DNA of 64,000 nt from Vairimorpha necatrix. Taxonomy: Eukaryota. The stretch is from positions 248,001 to 312,000 of the forward strand of contig CP142733.1 in NCBI GenBank assembly GCA_036630325.1, written 5' to 3'. Below the pieces are notes generated by a model. That model saw only the letters and a list, made by a program, of their open reading frames with translations, did no database searches and had not been told where the DNA came from. The translations under genes and the position numbers were made by a program. Below, piece after piece: positions 1 through 13,252 of this stretch (positions are counted from its first letter, which is position 1; every line of letters begins with the position of its first letter).

Positions 1-946
1 TGGGGTTCGTTCGTATAGCGTCAACACCTAAGATTATGTAGTCCGGTGTCCGTTCTGTGACGTAAGGGCTGAAAGTAATTGAAGTGTTTTCCGTCCTAAA
101 ATTGATATTTAGACATCTTCCTGTAATCTCCAATGGTGTCCCTGATGCTGCTCGTATGATCGTTGAAGATCTGGTAAATCTGATATTTGTCCCTTCGAGG
201 ACTCTTGCGGGTATCAGGGAGACATCAGCTCCGGTATCAATTAATGCTCGATGTCGTTTACAATTGAATTCTACGTTTATGTAGCAAGGGTTAGTGAAAC
301 AGCTGTTGATCTTGTAGTTTTCTATGGTGTAGGGTATATTTCCCTTCTTCGATGGTGCGACCTTCAAAGTCCTGTTATCTAGTGTCTCGTCCGTATTAGT
401 CGTGTTACTTTTCATAGGGAATGCTATCCAAGAAACTTCCTCTGTGCGCCTCAGGAATTCACTCCAATCTTGGCATTGTCTAGCAAAATCATAAAGAATT
501 GATTTGAGGACTGAAGGAGACTTCTTGATTACTATGAGGCTGACTGCTTTGTACTCCATTGTTTGTTGCTCTATAAGTGAGTTTCCTTTCCTGCAGAAGT
601 CTATGAAAGCCTCTAGGATGCCAAATTGTTGCGGTTTAACAAACTCGTCTAGAGTGGCCAGAGTTTTCTGTGAACTGTAAAATCTCAATTTTAGACTCTT
701 AGTAACCTCTGCCAGATCAAGTTCTGACACCCGTTCAAATCCCATTGCTATCCATGAGAGAGCTGGCCCCCGTAGACCCAGGCAGATAAGTCTGGCGGTC
801 TGATCTTCTGTCAGTCCCATAACCCTCGCCGTGAACGTTGTGTCACGCAACCATGTATTTATATCCTCTTCCTTCTTTCCACTGAAGCAGCCAACAGTTT
901 TTATCGCTGTCGCCATGTCGAATGTTCCTTTATTTACGAATTGCAT
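1..946 (-). CDS. Gag-aspartic protease (partial gag-pol), open to the window edge
   Basis: Hand translation from ATG 946 (preceded by CCCCC): MQFVNKGTFDMATAIKTVGCFSGKKEEDINTWLRD...RALIDTGADVSLIP...YIILGVD, with no stop. DTG and ILGxD are retropepsin motifs. It is missing from the ORF track, presumably because it has no stop codon. Confidence 0.9.
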   Translation of the reverse strand, partial: MQFVNKGTFDMATAIKTVGCFSGKKEEDINTWLRDTTFTARVMGLTEDQTARLICLGLRGPALSWIAMGFERVSELDLAEVTKSLKLRFYSSQKTLATLDEFVKPQQFGILEAFIDFCRKGNSLIEQQTMEYKAVSLIVIKKSPSVLKSILYDFARQCQDWSEFLRRTEEVSWIAFPMKSNTTNTDETLDNRTLKVAPSKKGNIPYTIENYKINSCFTNPCYINVEFNCKRHRALIDTGADVSLIPARVLEGTNIRFTRSSTIIRAASGTPLEITGRCLNINFRTENTSITFSPYVTERTPDYIILGVDAIRTNP

Positions 947-1086
947 GGGGGTGAAAATATATAATATTTATAGAAGGATACGACAATCTTATTCATTGTT
1001 GTTGGGAATATATATTTGGGATAATTGCCCCCGGCTTATAATTATCTTTAAAATGGTTAAGAATAAAATATTATTGACCTTAGACA
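1..1086 (-). mobile_element. 5' part of a Ty3/gypsy LTR retrotransposon (runs off the window start); probable 5' LTR 916-1086
   Basis: TGTCGA(916)...TAGACA(1086) imperfect inverted termini. On the minus strand the LTR end is followed directly by the PBS-like TGGCGACAGC and a gag-protease ORF. The second LTR is outside the window, so the LTR limits are inferred. Confidence 0.75.
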
Positions 1087-3138
1087 AAAAAGACGAATGT
1101 TGTTAGTTCAGTCAAGCCATATGACGTAAAAATTACAGTATATGTTAGAATGAGGATGGCTGCTTGTCTTATTCAGAGAGGAGAAGGCTTCCATCAGTCG
1201 AGGGACCATATAGGTGAAGACGTATAGAAGCTGCAAAGAGCTGCAAAGAAACAGTATTGAACGTAATAAGTTCTGGTATAAGACATGTACAGATGTAGTG
1301 TAGTGGTACATTCCACAATTCACATTTAAGTTATCTTGGTAAGATAGCTGAATTTCCAGTGTTAAAAATCCCGAGAGACTTAAGAAGAGAGTAAAATAAA
1401 AAAAAACTGTGTTATAGTTGAAGAATAAGAAAAGCGGATAAAATCCGGCTCCGTTGTTGGGAAGACATGTATAAAGAAAAATCCTATGCCCAAAGACTTT
1501 ATGTATTAAAATAGGGGAATAAAATACCGTAAAGACAACTACAAGAAAACATAGTAGGACGCGAAAGAGTAGAGCGCAGCCCATGGTCAGTTAACATAAT
1601 AATGCACTAAGTTTCGAGAAGCAGGTAGTAGGCGTAGGAAGTTGTAAAGATAATTACATCATTTAGTTCTAAATTTAGCGCGGGATGTTCAGAATATATA
1701 TTTAATAAATTTACCCTTAACTTACAATTATCTTAAACAGTACTAAAAAAATAAAATTTTTATAAAAAAAATGTTAGACTTTAATTTCTACTAGAAAAAT
1801 AAAAGGTTATATAGTTATGATCTTAAAAAATTAAAAAAACCAGAAACTAATCTTTAAGTTGCATTTTTATTTTGTTATATGTATAATATAATAAAAAACA
1901 AAAGAATCGTATTCAGATTACAACATACATCAAATCAACAGTCTTGAAGTAATATCACGAGTGGATTTTTTAAAGTGTCAAAGACATTATAAGACGTTTT
2001 ATAGAAATGGACCAAGAAGCCTTTGCGGACAAGATAAAAAACATAACCGACGACTAAAAGTAAATTATATAATTCAAATTTTTGACCGTATCAAAAGGTA
2101 AAATTTAATTTGTTCGTTTAGAAAAAAACAAATTCAAACAATACGAATTTTCAGAGCAAAAAAAAATATAAACAATATTGAGAAATTTTAAATTTGTTTA
2201 TGTTATTTTTACTAGTAAAAAATCATAGGAAAGAAAACATGCTTTTGGTATAATTCCAACCAATGAAGTTCATGCATGTTCAGTATTTCAATATATTAAT
2301 TCTTTGTAGTATGAGATGGTTTCATATGCCAAAAACATTCCTTCAATCGGGGTTAAGCGCTGTAACCAAATAATACACATTATTGATTGTATTAGATTGC
2401 ACTTATCATTATTTTTTACTCAAAAAAAAATTGTCAACTTGATAAACTTCATAATTAAAGAATTGTGTATCAAAATAAATATTTATTTATTACTCGAATA
2501 TTTATTAAAAAAACAATATAAATCATATTTCAAATAAGTGTTGTTAAAATGTAGTCATGTAAGTATCTTTTTAAAAACTTGTATTTGCTATTTGTGACAA
2601 ACAAAATAAAATATTATAGATTGGAGTTATAATTGTTTTATATATTTTATTTTACACTAATTTTAGAAAGTCATGATGCTCACGAGTAAAATTATCTTGA
2701 TCATGTATATTTGTTTTTTAAAGTAAATTTTACTCAGTGTTAATTGTAACAATATTTACAATGTTAAAAAATTTATATAACAAAAAGAAGAAAACAGTAT
2801 TATCAATACTCATCAAGCCTATCATTATTAAAACTCATACAATAAACATAAATATGAGTATAACCATTCTTATTTAGATTAAATATTATATAAAAATATA
2901 CAGATGCTTGTACATAATGATTAAAAAAGACCACAAGAAAAAAATATTGTAAACAAAAAAAAATATTTTATGAAATGTTTATAATGTGATTATATATCGA
3001 TTTATATACTTCTTTTGTATCGTTTCTTTTTTCCTATAAAACACCCTTTTAGAAAACAAATTAAAAAAGTTTATTGGTAAAAAAACAAAATAAAACAAAA
3101 AAATGCATATATTTAAAAAAAAACCAACATTACCCCCA

Positions 3139-3777
3139 ATGTTTCAATCAAGCTATGTGTTTTCTGATGTTTTAAACTTCTGGAGAAACAAAGAAGCACT
3201 ACAGTGTAACAAGAAGAATTACATTATCAACAATCATTCAGATGACGCGAGGGCGTTGTCTGATGATAAAATTGCCGATTTGCGGGTAGAAAAGGTTGTA
3301 GTCGGCCATTCTTCAGTTGACGTGGGGGCGTCGACTGAAGAAGAAAGTGTTGAAGAGGATATAGAAGACTTGGTGGAAAATGTAGATATGGAGAATGAGG
3401 AGGCGAAGAAGAATAGTGAAAGCACAGAAGATTTGGCCGAGGAGGGATATATAGAAGAAGGGGAAATGGGGGAGGACCCTATAAGTTTAGTAGAAGGACC
3501 AGGGGAGTTTGGGGGGAGTGATGTCATTTTTTTGCCAAAAATCTTTTTCAAAGAGAAAGATAACGAGGGGCACGAGAAAATAATGAAAAGCGAAGAACTT
3601 ACAGAAGAAGATTTGAAGAGAATAGGTGATCAAATTTCCGATCTCTATTCTCTCCATCTTCTGGAAGTGGGTTTTAAAAGGATGAGGGAGGCGGAAGAGA
3701 ACTATAATAAGTCATGGAGAGGGAGAATATATAATGCAATAGGAAGACATTTCTGTTGTTTTGTGGAAAATGACTAA
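3139..3777 (+). CDS. Acidic lineage-specific family protein, copy 1 (C-terminal 11 residues lost to a GAA>TAA change)
   Basis: ATG 3139 follows CCCCCA and aligns with the paralog starts. The TAA at 3775 is GAA in the paralogs; the ancestral stop is at 3808-3810. Glu/Asp-rich centre; C-terminus WRGRIYNAIGRHFCCF. Confidence 0.8.
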   Translation: MFQSSYVFSDVLNFWRNKEALQCNKKNYIINNHSDDARALSDDKIADLRVEKVVVGHSSVDVGASTEEESVEEDIEDLVENVDMENEEAKKNSESTEDLAEEGYIEEGEMGEDPISLVEGPGEFGGSDVIFLPKIFFKEKDNEGHEKIMKSEELTEEDLKRIGDQISDLYSLHLLEVGFKRMREAEENYNKSWRGRIYNAIGRHFCCFVEND

Positions 3778-4902
3778 GATTCGGAGGATATTGAGGACGA
3801 GTTCGATTAAAAAATAATATTTAAACTTCTTTTCTTTGTTTTTATTTTTATTATCTGCATAATTATTTTATCTGAAGTCATAATATGAAATTTCGTTTTA
3901 TATTAAAACATACTTTCTAACGTAATATCGTCTTGTTCTATAAATTTGTTACAAAATAAAATATTAATTGTAATCTATTAACTGCCCACACAGCGTTCAA
4001 TAAATAGGAAACGAACGACAATAAGAAATTTCTGTACTTCTATATTACACACTCATTCGACAGCATCGTTGCAGCATATAAAGGATTTTGAGAACAGTTC
4101 TAATGATTTATAACGCCAGAGAACTTCAATAAACGAATATATTTATAGATTGCCTCCTATACTGATAGTTAAAAATCAAGATCATGATTACCCAATGAAA
4201 ATTTCGCTTAGAAAAAACGATTTCATTTTTTATAATTTATATATTATGGTCTTTTATGAGTAAAAAATTTTTAAAGATAAAAAATAAAGAAATATGTTCT
4301 ATGGAAATGTGATGTAAATTTATTGAGAAATCAATTCAGAATAGTTTTTTGTTGCTATCTAAATAAAATTTTAATGCTAGCAAAGGTTGTTCAGACATCT
4401 TGAAAATCAAGCTGGTTATAAGTTTAAAAAACAATACACACACGAACATGACATTTGTATTCCAATAACACATAAACAACGAAACATAATCTATAAATGA
4501 AATAAACTAATATATCTTTGATTTATTTGTAGACAAGAACTTAAGTTCAGCTTAAACGTTTTTACAAACATACGCTCAGCAATAGATTCTGGCAATAGAT
4601 TAAATGCAAATTGCAACGCTCCCGAGATCCCTCAAATGAATATTGAAAAGTCTCAATATTTAAGTTTCAGTTTTTTAGAATACATTAAAACTGGATTAAT
4701 TTTACATATTTTTATCGAAACAAATGGATTTTCCTTGTATTTACATATATATCCAGATATGTAAAGAATTTTTTGCCGTCACTATCTCGTATTATGATCA
4801 AGAATAAAGATTAAAAACATTCTTTGGCAAGATTTTATAAAACATTTTGCTGGAATAAAAATAATAATACGATATAAAGTACTTATACTTTATAGAGATA
4901 TT

Positions 4903-5960
4903 GGTGCTTCTTTGGAATTCGATCAAAATTTTTAAAAATTCCGCCCTTTTAATGAAATTAATTGGATAGTGAAATTTCTGATCGAATACCGAAGAAAGCA
5001 CGAAAGTAAAAATTAAGCCAAAACAGAGGCATTTTACAGTATTTACGTTTGTTTAAACTCATTAAGTTTGGCGTGTTGATTTAACAAAAAATATCAATCA
5101 AATGCCGTGAAGTTATTAATATTCAATGAGATGGGGATTAAAAGAGTAGTATATAGGTGTACAAACTATATGTGCAGTGTTAAAGTATCAGTAAATAGTG
5201 GAAGCCAGTGGCTTTGAACAACTACTGCGAATTAATATTTTTGATTCTATGTAGAAGCAGTTATTTTACAATAGAGGCAAAATTCGAAGTTTATCATCGA
5301 AAGTTGCTAATAAAAAAAAAACGACTTAAAAAATAGTTAAATAGAATATCTAAAAATTTAATTATTGGTGAACTACGTAAAATTGTTTAAAATCTGAGTC
5401 TGTTATTTGCAAAAGATGTAATTAAGATACCCAAAAAAATCTGCAATTCAATTCCTGAACGATTTGGAAATTAGGCATAGTGTAAGTAAATATCCAATCA
5501 AGTTTTATATTACAATAGTGGAGAATAAGACTGTCAGTGCCTAAAAGCAAATTTGAAATGTAAAATAGATAGAATTTTAATTTTACATTTTGATGGTCAT
5601 TCGAGTTATCCAAGTGTGGCACTAAATCTTTATCTCGAGCATAAATTCTAAACACTCTATTGGGTTCAAATCTTTAGATGGAACTTATATCAACAATATC
5701 GAGGACATTTGCTTGCAGGTAAAATCTGAAATGACCAAAAACCATGAAGTTAAGCGTTAAAAAATAATAACTTGGGTTATTATATTTATGTTATGCCAAA
5801 GTTTTTGTATGGGAACCGATTTAAATGAGCTTTATGTTTGTTATCTTGATTTATTATCCAATTTATTCAAATATATTATATTCCAGGTTTTTTTACATTT
5901 TTTCATTTGTTTTCATTACAGGGGGACTCTTGGAGTCTGATTTAATACCAAAGAAGCACC
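4903..5960 (+). mobile_element. Degenerate Merlin (IS1595/ISXO2-like) DNA transposon
   Basis: TIRs GGTGCTTCTTTGG / CCAAAGAAGCACC; 8-bp TSD gagatatt/aagatatt. Decayed transposase is colinear with the copy at 40803. Confidence 0.85.
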
Positions 5961-7814
5961 AAGATATTTGTCGTACACTTTCTTCTATTTAGTGATTAAT
6001 TAATTTTCATGATTTTAAAAAAAAAATTTAAGACAGACTGACGGACATTATTAGCACTGAAAAAGTTTATGTTTTTAGGTTAAAATCTCTTTGTAAGTGT
6101 GTTTTCTTAAATTTCATGTCGTAAATTTAGCCTTTTAATTGTTTCCTTGCTGATCAGACAATAATAGTTCGAAAATGACGGACACGGCCATTGCATACAA
6201 TAAAAAAAAGATGTACTTTTATTCACTAAACCTTTTTTCTTATAAATAAAAATATCGCATTCTGATATATCCACGATCTTACTTCTTTTGGACGTTAAAA
6301 CACAATATCATCACAAAAAAAATTTGACAATATGATATCTAACAATCATGAATTTTAAAATTTAAATCATCTTTTTTATGGTTTGATGCGTTATCAATAA
6401 AGCTATTTGTTACTTGAAGTTCTTATAACCAAATAGGATTTAATTTTGTATTTTTAATGAAAATCATTATATTTCAAAAACGAACTCCATCCCAATACTC
6501 CTAATTTTTTATGAATATACTTGATACAAGATAAGCTTTCATTGGGATGTAATTCAAGTATTTATTCTGTATTTCTCTTTATATAAAATTAATACTTTTC
6601 CTTTCAAGGCCGAAAAAATATCCATGATACACAATAAACCAAAATTTTCGTATATGTATTTAGTACAAAAATTAAAATTTTAAAATAAATCCAAATTTTT
6701 TTACCTACAAATTTTTCTCTACTTTATGTTCATACCATATAGACATAATTGTATTACGTAAATTATTTCACGTCATATATTTTTTTTGTATTACGTTTTT
6801 TTCTAGCATTTCCGTCTTTTATACAAAAATTATCTCGTGCTTTCTCTTTCTTGTTTCTTGGATTATACACAAAACGAAATTTTACAGCTAGCACTAAATC
6901 TAAGCCTATTAAATTGGAACATAATTTGCTTAATATTATATCTTTTATGTTAAAAATTTCTAAATATGTTTTTTGCCAAAAAAATTTATGATTTACAGTT
7001 TATTTCTCTACATAACCCCGTAGAATATTTGATTGATTCATAAATCGGTGTTGTGCTTAAAACACATTTTTTCTATAAAAAGTGAGATTTGAATATAATT
7101 ATTTCTTTTATAACTGGAAGCACAAAAGCTATGCATATAATTTAACTAATTCTGTCAAATATTACAAGTAAAAAAATCTTGAATACACTTCAAACATTTG
7201 CATGTGAAATGAAATAAAAGACATTGTTTTTGGTATTTAAAAATAATTCATTAATTGGTTATTAATGAAATTTTTCTAATACAACACCCTATTATAAATT
7301 AAAAATTTTCAATATAAAATTATTTTTATCTGTAATTGTCGATTTAAAGATAAAAAGTTTTCATTATGGTATAAAAAAGATTTTTATATATTTATAATTA
7401 AATATAACTTTATTTTTAATTCAGATACTAGAGTGTAAGAAAACTTTCTATACCGAAGTATTTTTATTTATACGTGTATTCTTTATTTTTAGTTCTCGTC
7501 AATAAATAACAGTGTATTTCAATCTTTCATAACATTCTCTTAAAACCCCTTCTTTTAACATATTTGTTTAATTTATAGTCCAATTCAATATGGAGAAAAA
7601 ATAGGCGAATTTGACACTGAGAAATCTATTCAATTTCTATAAATTACGTAGAAAAAAAAAAAATGAAAAATCATTTTTAACGCTGGATAATAAGAATGTC
7701 TGGTTAGATTATAAAGTTCGATTGAGGGAATTGAAATTCATGGTTATTTACTAAATGTAAGGAGCAGCTTATAAAACAATAGAGAATGTTTGACTTGAGG
7801 CAAGAAAAGGCAAT

Positions 7815-8560
7815 GAGAAGGAGAAGACTTAATAAACGATAAGGGTCGAGGGAACCAGATCGGCGAAATATGACTTTGTTAGGTGAGTATATTGGACATG
7901 AGAGAAAAGAAGGTAATGTGATGAGGATACTTAATAAACGATAAGGATTAAGGAGAACCAGATCGGCGAGAAATGATTTGTTAGATGAGTATAATGTACT
8001 TGAATCAAGAGAAGGTTGTGCAGAATGAGGAGACTTAAATCGACGATAAGGTTTGAGGGGGAACCAAGTTCGACAATTATAGATTTTTTAGTGGCGAGTA
8101 AAATGTACTTGGAGCAAGAGAAGATATTGAGAAGGAGAACGCTTAAATCGACGATAAGGTTTGAGGGGAACCAAATCGAAGAAATTAAGACTTGTTAGCA
8201 GCGAGTATAATGGACTTATGGTTTGAGAAGATATTTGAAAGAGAAGACTTAAATCGACGATAAAGTTTGTGGTGAACCAAATCGAAGAAATATGACTTGT
8301 TAATAGCGAGTATAGTGGACTTAAGGTTTGAGAAGATATTTGAATGAGAAGACTTAAATCGACGATAAGATTTAAGGGGAACCAAATCGAAGAAATTTAG
8401 ATTGGTTAATGGCGTGCTTATTGAACTTTAAGAGAAATAGAAGGTATTGAGAATAAGAGGACTTAAATCGACGATAAAGTTTGAGGGGGAACCATGTCGA
8501 AGAATTATCAAATTGTATGTGGCGAGCTTATTGAACATTGAGAGAAAGAGAAATTGTTCT
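7815..8560 (+). repeat. ~108-bp purine-rich tandem repeat, about 7 units
   Basis: Recurrent core gagaagacttaaatcgacgataaggtttgaggggaacc at about 7820, 7925, 8028, 8135, 8241, 8346 and 8455. Confidence 0.9.
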
Positions 8561-9545
8561 TGCTTAAGATCGAAGTTTCTACTTAAGAGAAGAATGCTGT
8601 TTAGTCTAAGAATGAAAGCTCATTTATAGTATCCTTTTCGAAAATAGAACAAGAGAAATTTTCTGCACACAGAAAAGAAAGAATGAGGTTATTTGTTCGA
8701 ACTTCAAGAAAAAAATCAAAGATATGGCAGCTTCATAAAGAAATGCCTATCTGCGATGTAGTGATTTTGTCTGAAGAGAGAATGCATATAATGTGCAGAG
8801 AAGGCCTTGTAAGAAGTAAGTTCGAGTGCAGTTAACTTTCAAGCTGACGATGCATAGAAGAAAAATTCTGTGTGATTTGGCGCGATACGACTTAATTTGT
8901 TGTGTTCACTATAAAGTAAATTTTTCTGAAGAGTTAACGATCTATATAATTGTTTTGACACTAAAATGAGCTTTGATATCTAAAAATATAAATTGACTAG
9001 AAAATTTTAGAAAAATACTTCAAGTATACCTAAAAAATGTCTTTTTAACTAGTCAGTTATTATACTAAACACTGCTGTTATTTTGTTTGTTCGGCGGATC
9101 GTGTAAACATATACCATGTTTTTTCATCTTGCTTTATGCTGAAAATTTTTCATCTGATGTGGTAAACATAAGTGATAAAGTTCTTGTACAAAAAATCTGC
9201 CAATCACAATCTTTACTTTAATTGAATAGTAGTACGAAAGGAACATCATATTGTTAATATGTCTATTTTTTATGGTGTGTTTTAATATAAATTTTTTATA
9301 TCTAACCATAAAGAAATAATAACCCCGACCCAACCCATGTTTATGCATTATTTTTTTTCTATTTATAGTTTTAAAATTCATGGAACGTTCTAAAACCAAC
9401 AAACTTCTTTTTGACGTAAAAAATAAACATAAACAATTTTTGATAATATATGTTAATGCATATTTTTAATGTAAATAAAGTAAAATGTCTGTACATACTT
9501 TACAAGACAACAACACAAATAAACAATGCATTTTTTACAGAAAGA

Positions 9546-10542
9546 GGCCAAAGTGCACAATAGAAAGATTTTTTGAATTGAAGTTTTTTAATTGTTTTTG
9601 ACCTTTTTTTAAAAAATGGAGGAAGAAAGATGGAAAGGAAAAAAGAAAATTAACAAGTAGAATAAAAGAATTAATAAAGCAGCAAAGACTGAAGTAGAAG
9701 AATAATTTTGGAGCATATACCTAAACAGATATAGTTTTGCACTTTGGCTCATCTGTTTCTATAGGTATAGAATTTTTTAGAAAACGCCAATTACCTTCTA
9801 TGGTATTGATTTTAACTTCCGTGATTGGGTCTCTAAAGTGTAATGTATGGTTAACTATATGGTGTTAACCAAATAAAGTACCTAAAGAATGTTGCTCTTC
9901 ACACATCACTGTGTATGATACCTTTTCTATTTACATGTTTTAATAAAAGTTCTATTAGAGTTTTTTATCTATTTTTTGATGTGTACTTGTATTATTTTAC
10001 GTTCCATTGTACTTTCGGTCATTCCAAAACACCAAAATCCTTTGACTAGCTTGCCTCGGTAGTTTTTATTTTTTCCTATCTTTGTCTCATCAATTTCTAC
10101 TATTATGTTCTCTCCGCCTATAATGGTCATTATTGACAAATACTTATCGTAAATGTTCATTTTTTTTAGTTTTTTTAATAACGTAGATATAGTTTTTTCG
10201 AACAAGGTAAAATTTGACAAATATACTTACTGGGATACCCAAGAATCCACAGATTAAGTATTTGTAATGTTTGTAAATGACAAAGTTTAGAATCACTAAA
10301 GAAAGTGTCATGCCAAATAGAAATTGTCCGTCGATATATCTTCCAAGTACAAGTCAGTAAATACTCCTTTTACTTACTTTACGTTCTTTAACTCACATTG
10401 ATCACAAATATTAATTGAGGTTTCTCTTATCAGTTCATTATTTATGTTTCTAATTTTTCTCTTGTTTTGATTCCTTCCTATATTTTTCAAAAAAGGGGCA
10501 AAACCCCCAGTTCAAAAAATATTCCTATATTGCACTTTAGCC
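9546..10542 (-). mobile_element. Degenerate Merlin transposon
   Basis: TIRs GGCCAAAGTGCA / TGCACTTTAGCC; ORF fragment with IGGENIIVEIDETKIGK. No TSD seen. Confidence 0.85.
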
Positions 10543-12143
10543 AAAAAACAAGTTGAATTGAAACACTAATATGTGTCATCTATCTTTGATTTGTTGTACT
10601 AGTCTATTTAAAATGTACTAGATAAAACTTTGACAACTGTAAACAAAATAGGTAAAAGTGTCTTTTTGATTTAATTGATATTAAACGTAATTTATAAAAA
10701 AAATTTGATACAAAATATTGTCAAACCTATTGAAGAAAAAAAAGACATAGAAACACATGTACTAAAAAATGGATATTGTTTGTAAAAATGTTAGAATTTG
10801 ATTTTAAATTGGATAAATACAAGACCAATATAGTTATGATATTGTCAAAAATTTATGAAACTAGAAACTAATTTATAATTTAAATTTCTCTTTGTTATGT
10901 GTATCAAAAAAATAAATTAACAATTAGAATCGCATTCAAATTACGACATACATTAAAATAACAGACTTGAAGTAACATCACAAGTGAATTTTTCAAAATG
11001 TCCTAGACATGATAAGACGATTTGAGAAACGGGTTAGATAAAAAACATGACTAAGTATCGAAGTAAATTTTTAGTTCAAATTTTTGACCGTATCAAAAGG
11101 TAAAATTTAATTTGTTCGTTTAGAAAAAAACAAATTCAAACAAACACGAATTATCAAACAAAAAAATTTTAAACAATTTTGAAAAATTCGAAAATTTAAA
11201 TATGTTTTTTTCAGTACTAGTAAAAATCATAGAATAAATTATAATCAATAAAATACAGTTTCTGTGTATAATTTTTAAATTAATTCTTTGTGAAATTAGA
11301 TGATTTTATATGCTAAATGACATTCGTTAAATTGTTAATAAGCGCTGTATTAAAAGTATAAATAATATAGTTAGTATTAGATTACACTTATCATTATTTA
11401 TACTCGATAAAATATTATCAACATTTGAACCTTATAATTAAATAATTGTGTATCATAATAAATATTTAATTATCATTTTCATTTTTTATATAACATTATA
11501 AATTTATTGTAAAATATATCGAATTATTTTTTAGAAATATATATGTTAATCACAAGTAATGATTTAAAAACTTGAATTTTTAATTGAGAAAAATATAAAT
11601 GAAATGTTGTATATTAGAATTAAAATTGTTTAATATGATCAATTACAAGAAGTTATCAAGATACATGAGCTAGATAGTTGCCTGTTAAAACACCTGATCA
11701 TGTTTATTTTATTTTTTAAAAAATTAATTTTATTCAGTATTTATTGTATTAATAATTACAATGTTTAAGAAATCTATAAAACAAAATGAAGAAAACAGTA
11801 TTATCAATAATCATCAAGCCTATCATCATCAAAACCTATACAATAATTATAAATATGAGTATAAACATTCTTATAAAGATTAAATATTATATTAAAATAT
11901 ACAGATGCTTGTACATAATGATTAAATAAGACCACAAGAAAAAAATATTGTAAACAAAAAAAAATATTTTATGAAATGTTTATAATGTGATTATATATCG
12001 ATTTATATACTTCTTTTGTATCGTTTCTTTTTTCCCCTCCAAAAAACGCCCTTTTAGAAAACAAATTAAAAAAGTTTATTGGTAAAAAAAAACAAAATAA
12101 AACAAAAAAATGCATATATTTAAAAAAATCAACATTACCCCCA

Positions 12144-12812
12144 ATGTTGCAATCAAGCTATGTGTTTTCTGATGTTTTAAACTTCTGGAGAAACAAAGAA
12201 GCACTACAGTGTAACAAGACGAATCTAATTATAGACAATTATTCAGATGACGTGAGGGCGTCGTCTGATGATAAAATTGTCGATTTGCCTACAGAAAAGG
12301 TTGTATTCAGCCATTCTTCAGTTGACGTGGGGGCGTCGACTGAAGAAGAAAGTGTTGAAGAGGATCAAGAAGACTTGGTGGAAAATGTAGATATGGAGAA
12401 TGAGGAGGCGAATAAGAATAGTGAAAGCACAGAAGATTTGGCCGAGGAGGGTCATATTGAAGAAGGGGAAATGGGGGAGGACCCTATAAGTTTAGGAGGG
12501 GGACTAGAGGAGTTTGAGGGGAGTGATGGCATATTAATGCCAAAAATCTTCTTCAAAGAGAAAGATATCGAGGGGAACGAGAAAATAATTAAAAGCGAAG
12601 AACTGACAGAAGAAGATTTGAAGAGAATAGGTGATCAAATTTCCGATCTCTATTCTCTCCATCTTCTGGAAGTGGGCTTTAAAAGGATGAGGGAGGCGGA
12701 AGAGAACTATAATAAGTCATGGAGAGGGAGAATATATAATGCAATAGGAAGACATTTCTGTTGTTTTGTGGAAAATGACGAAGATTCCGAAGACATGGAG
12801 GACGAATATTAA
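12144..12812 (+). CDS. Acidic lineage-specific family protein, copy 2 (intact, 222 aa)
   Basis: Full ORF MLQSSYVFSDVLNFWRNKEALQC...GRHFCCFVENDEDSEDMEDEY, with CCCCCA before the ATG and three paralogs in the window. Confidence 0.85.
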   Translation: MLQSSYVFSDVLNFWRNKEALQCNKTNLIIDNYSDDVRASSDDKIVDLPTEKVVFSHSSVDVGASTEEESVEEDQEDLVENVDMENEEANKNSESTEDLAEEGHIEEGEMGEDPISLGGGLEEFEGSDGILMPKIFFKEKDIEGNEKIIKSEELTEEDLKRIGDQISDLYSLHLLEVGFKRMREAEENYNKSWRGRIYNAIGRHFCCFVENDEDSEDMEDEY

Positions 12813-13030
12813 ATAAATATATATTTAAACTTCTTTTCTCTGTCTTTATATTTATTATCTGCATAATTATTTTTTTTATAATGTCATAAACGAGAATTCT
12901 TTTATATAATTTTATTACAACATGCTTTTAACGCAATGCCGTCTTTTTCTATATATTTGTTACAAAATAAAATATTAATTGTGATCTAATAGCAGCCACA
13001 CATAGCGTCCAACAAATAGCAAACGAAAGA

Positions 13031-13252
13031 TGTCGGGCGACAGATCTCCATTGGTACTAAGATTACCCTGGAGATCTGAGAACACCATTCTGTGAGCATT
13101 CTCCCTCTTCCCAAATATAATTTTTGGAGGGGAAATCGGGATATTTCCCTCAAAAAATTATAATGAAAATTATGCCCAGAAGGGTATGAAGAATAATAAA
13201 AACATTAGTTTAAAACATTCTTCTCGGGCTGATGGGAAACCATCAGTCCACA
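13031..13252 (+). mobile_element. 222-bp solo LTR (hairpin-rich family, homolog at 50589)
   Basis: TG...CA termini, 5-bp TSD AAAGA, absent from the paralogous site near 4015. Confidence 0.85.

Larger units (their letters stand above)
1770..9545 (+). repeat. Segmental duplication unit 1 (paralog of 10788-20672)
   Basis: Colinear matches throughout, e.g. 2070-2140 vs 11074-11142, genes at 3139 vs 12144, Merlin relics at 4903 vs 15279, 108-bp arrays, and 9490-9545 vs 20615-20672. Boundaries are approximate. Confidence 0.9.

Noticed and set aside
1108-1584. 158-aa hydrophobic ORF as a membrane or env protein
   Set aside because: Its composition is explained by the antisense of a purine-rich insert. 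No motif and no paralog.
3103-3138. Upstream ATG 3103 as the gene start
   Set aside because: It is out of frame in copy 2 and absent in copy 4. The CCC-proximal ATG 3139 is conserved in all copies.
3234-3551. Ser-rich antisense ORFs (also 27588-27944, 28391-28588, 50031-50474, 58033-58350)
   Set aside because: Shadow frames of Glu/Lys-rich sense ORFs.
13225-13252. Hammerhead ribozyme / retrozyme (CTGATG..GAAAC)
   Set aside because: It lacks CUGANGA and stem II. The bases form a simple stem with a GAAA loop, and the homolog reads CTGTTG.
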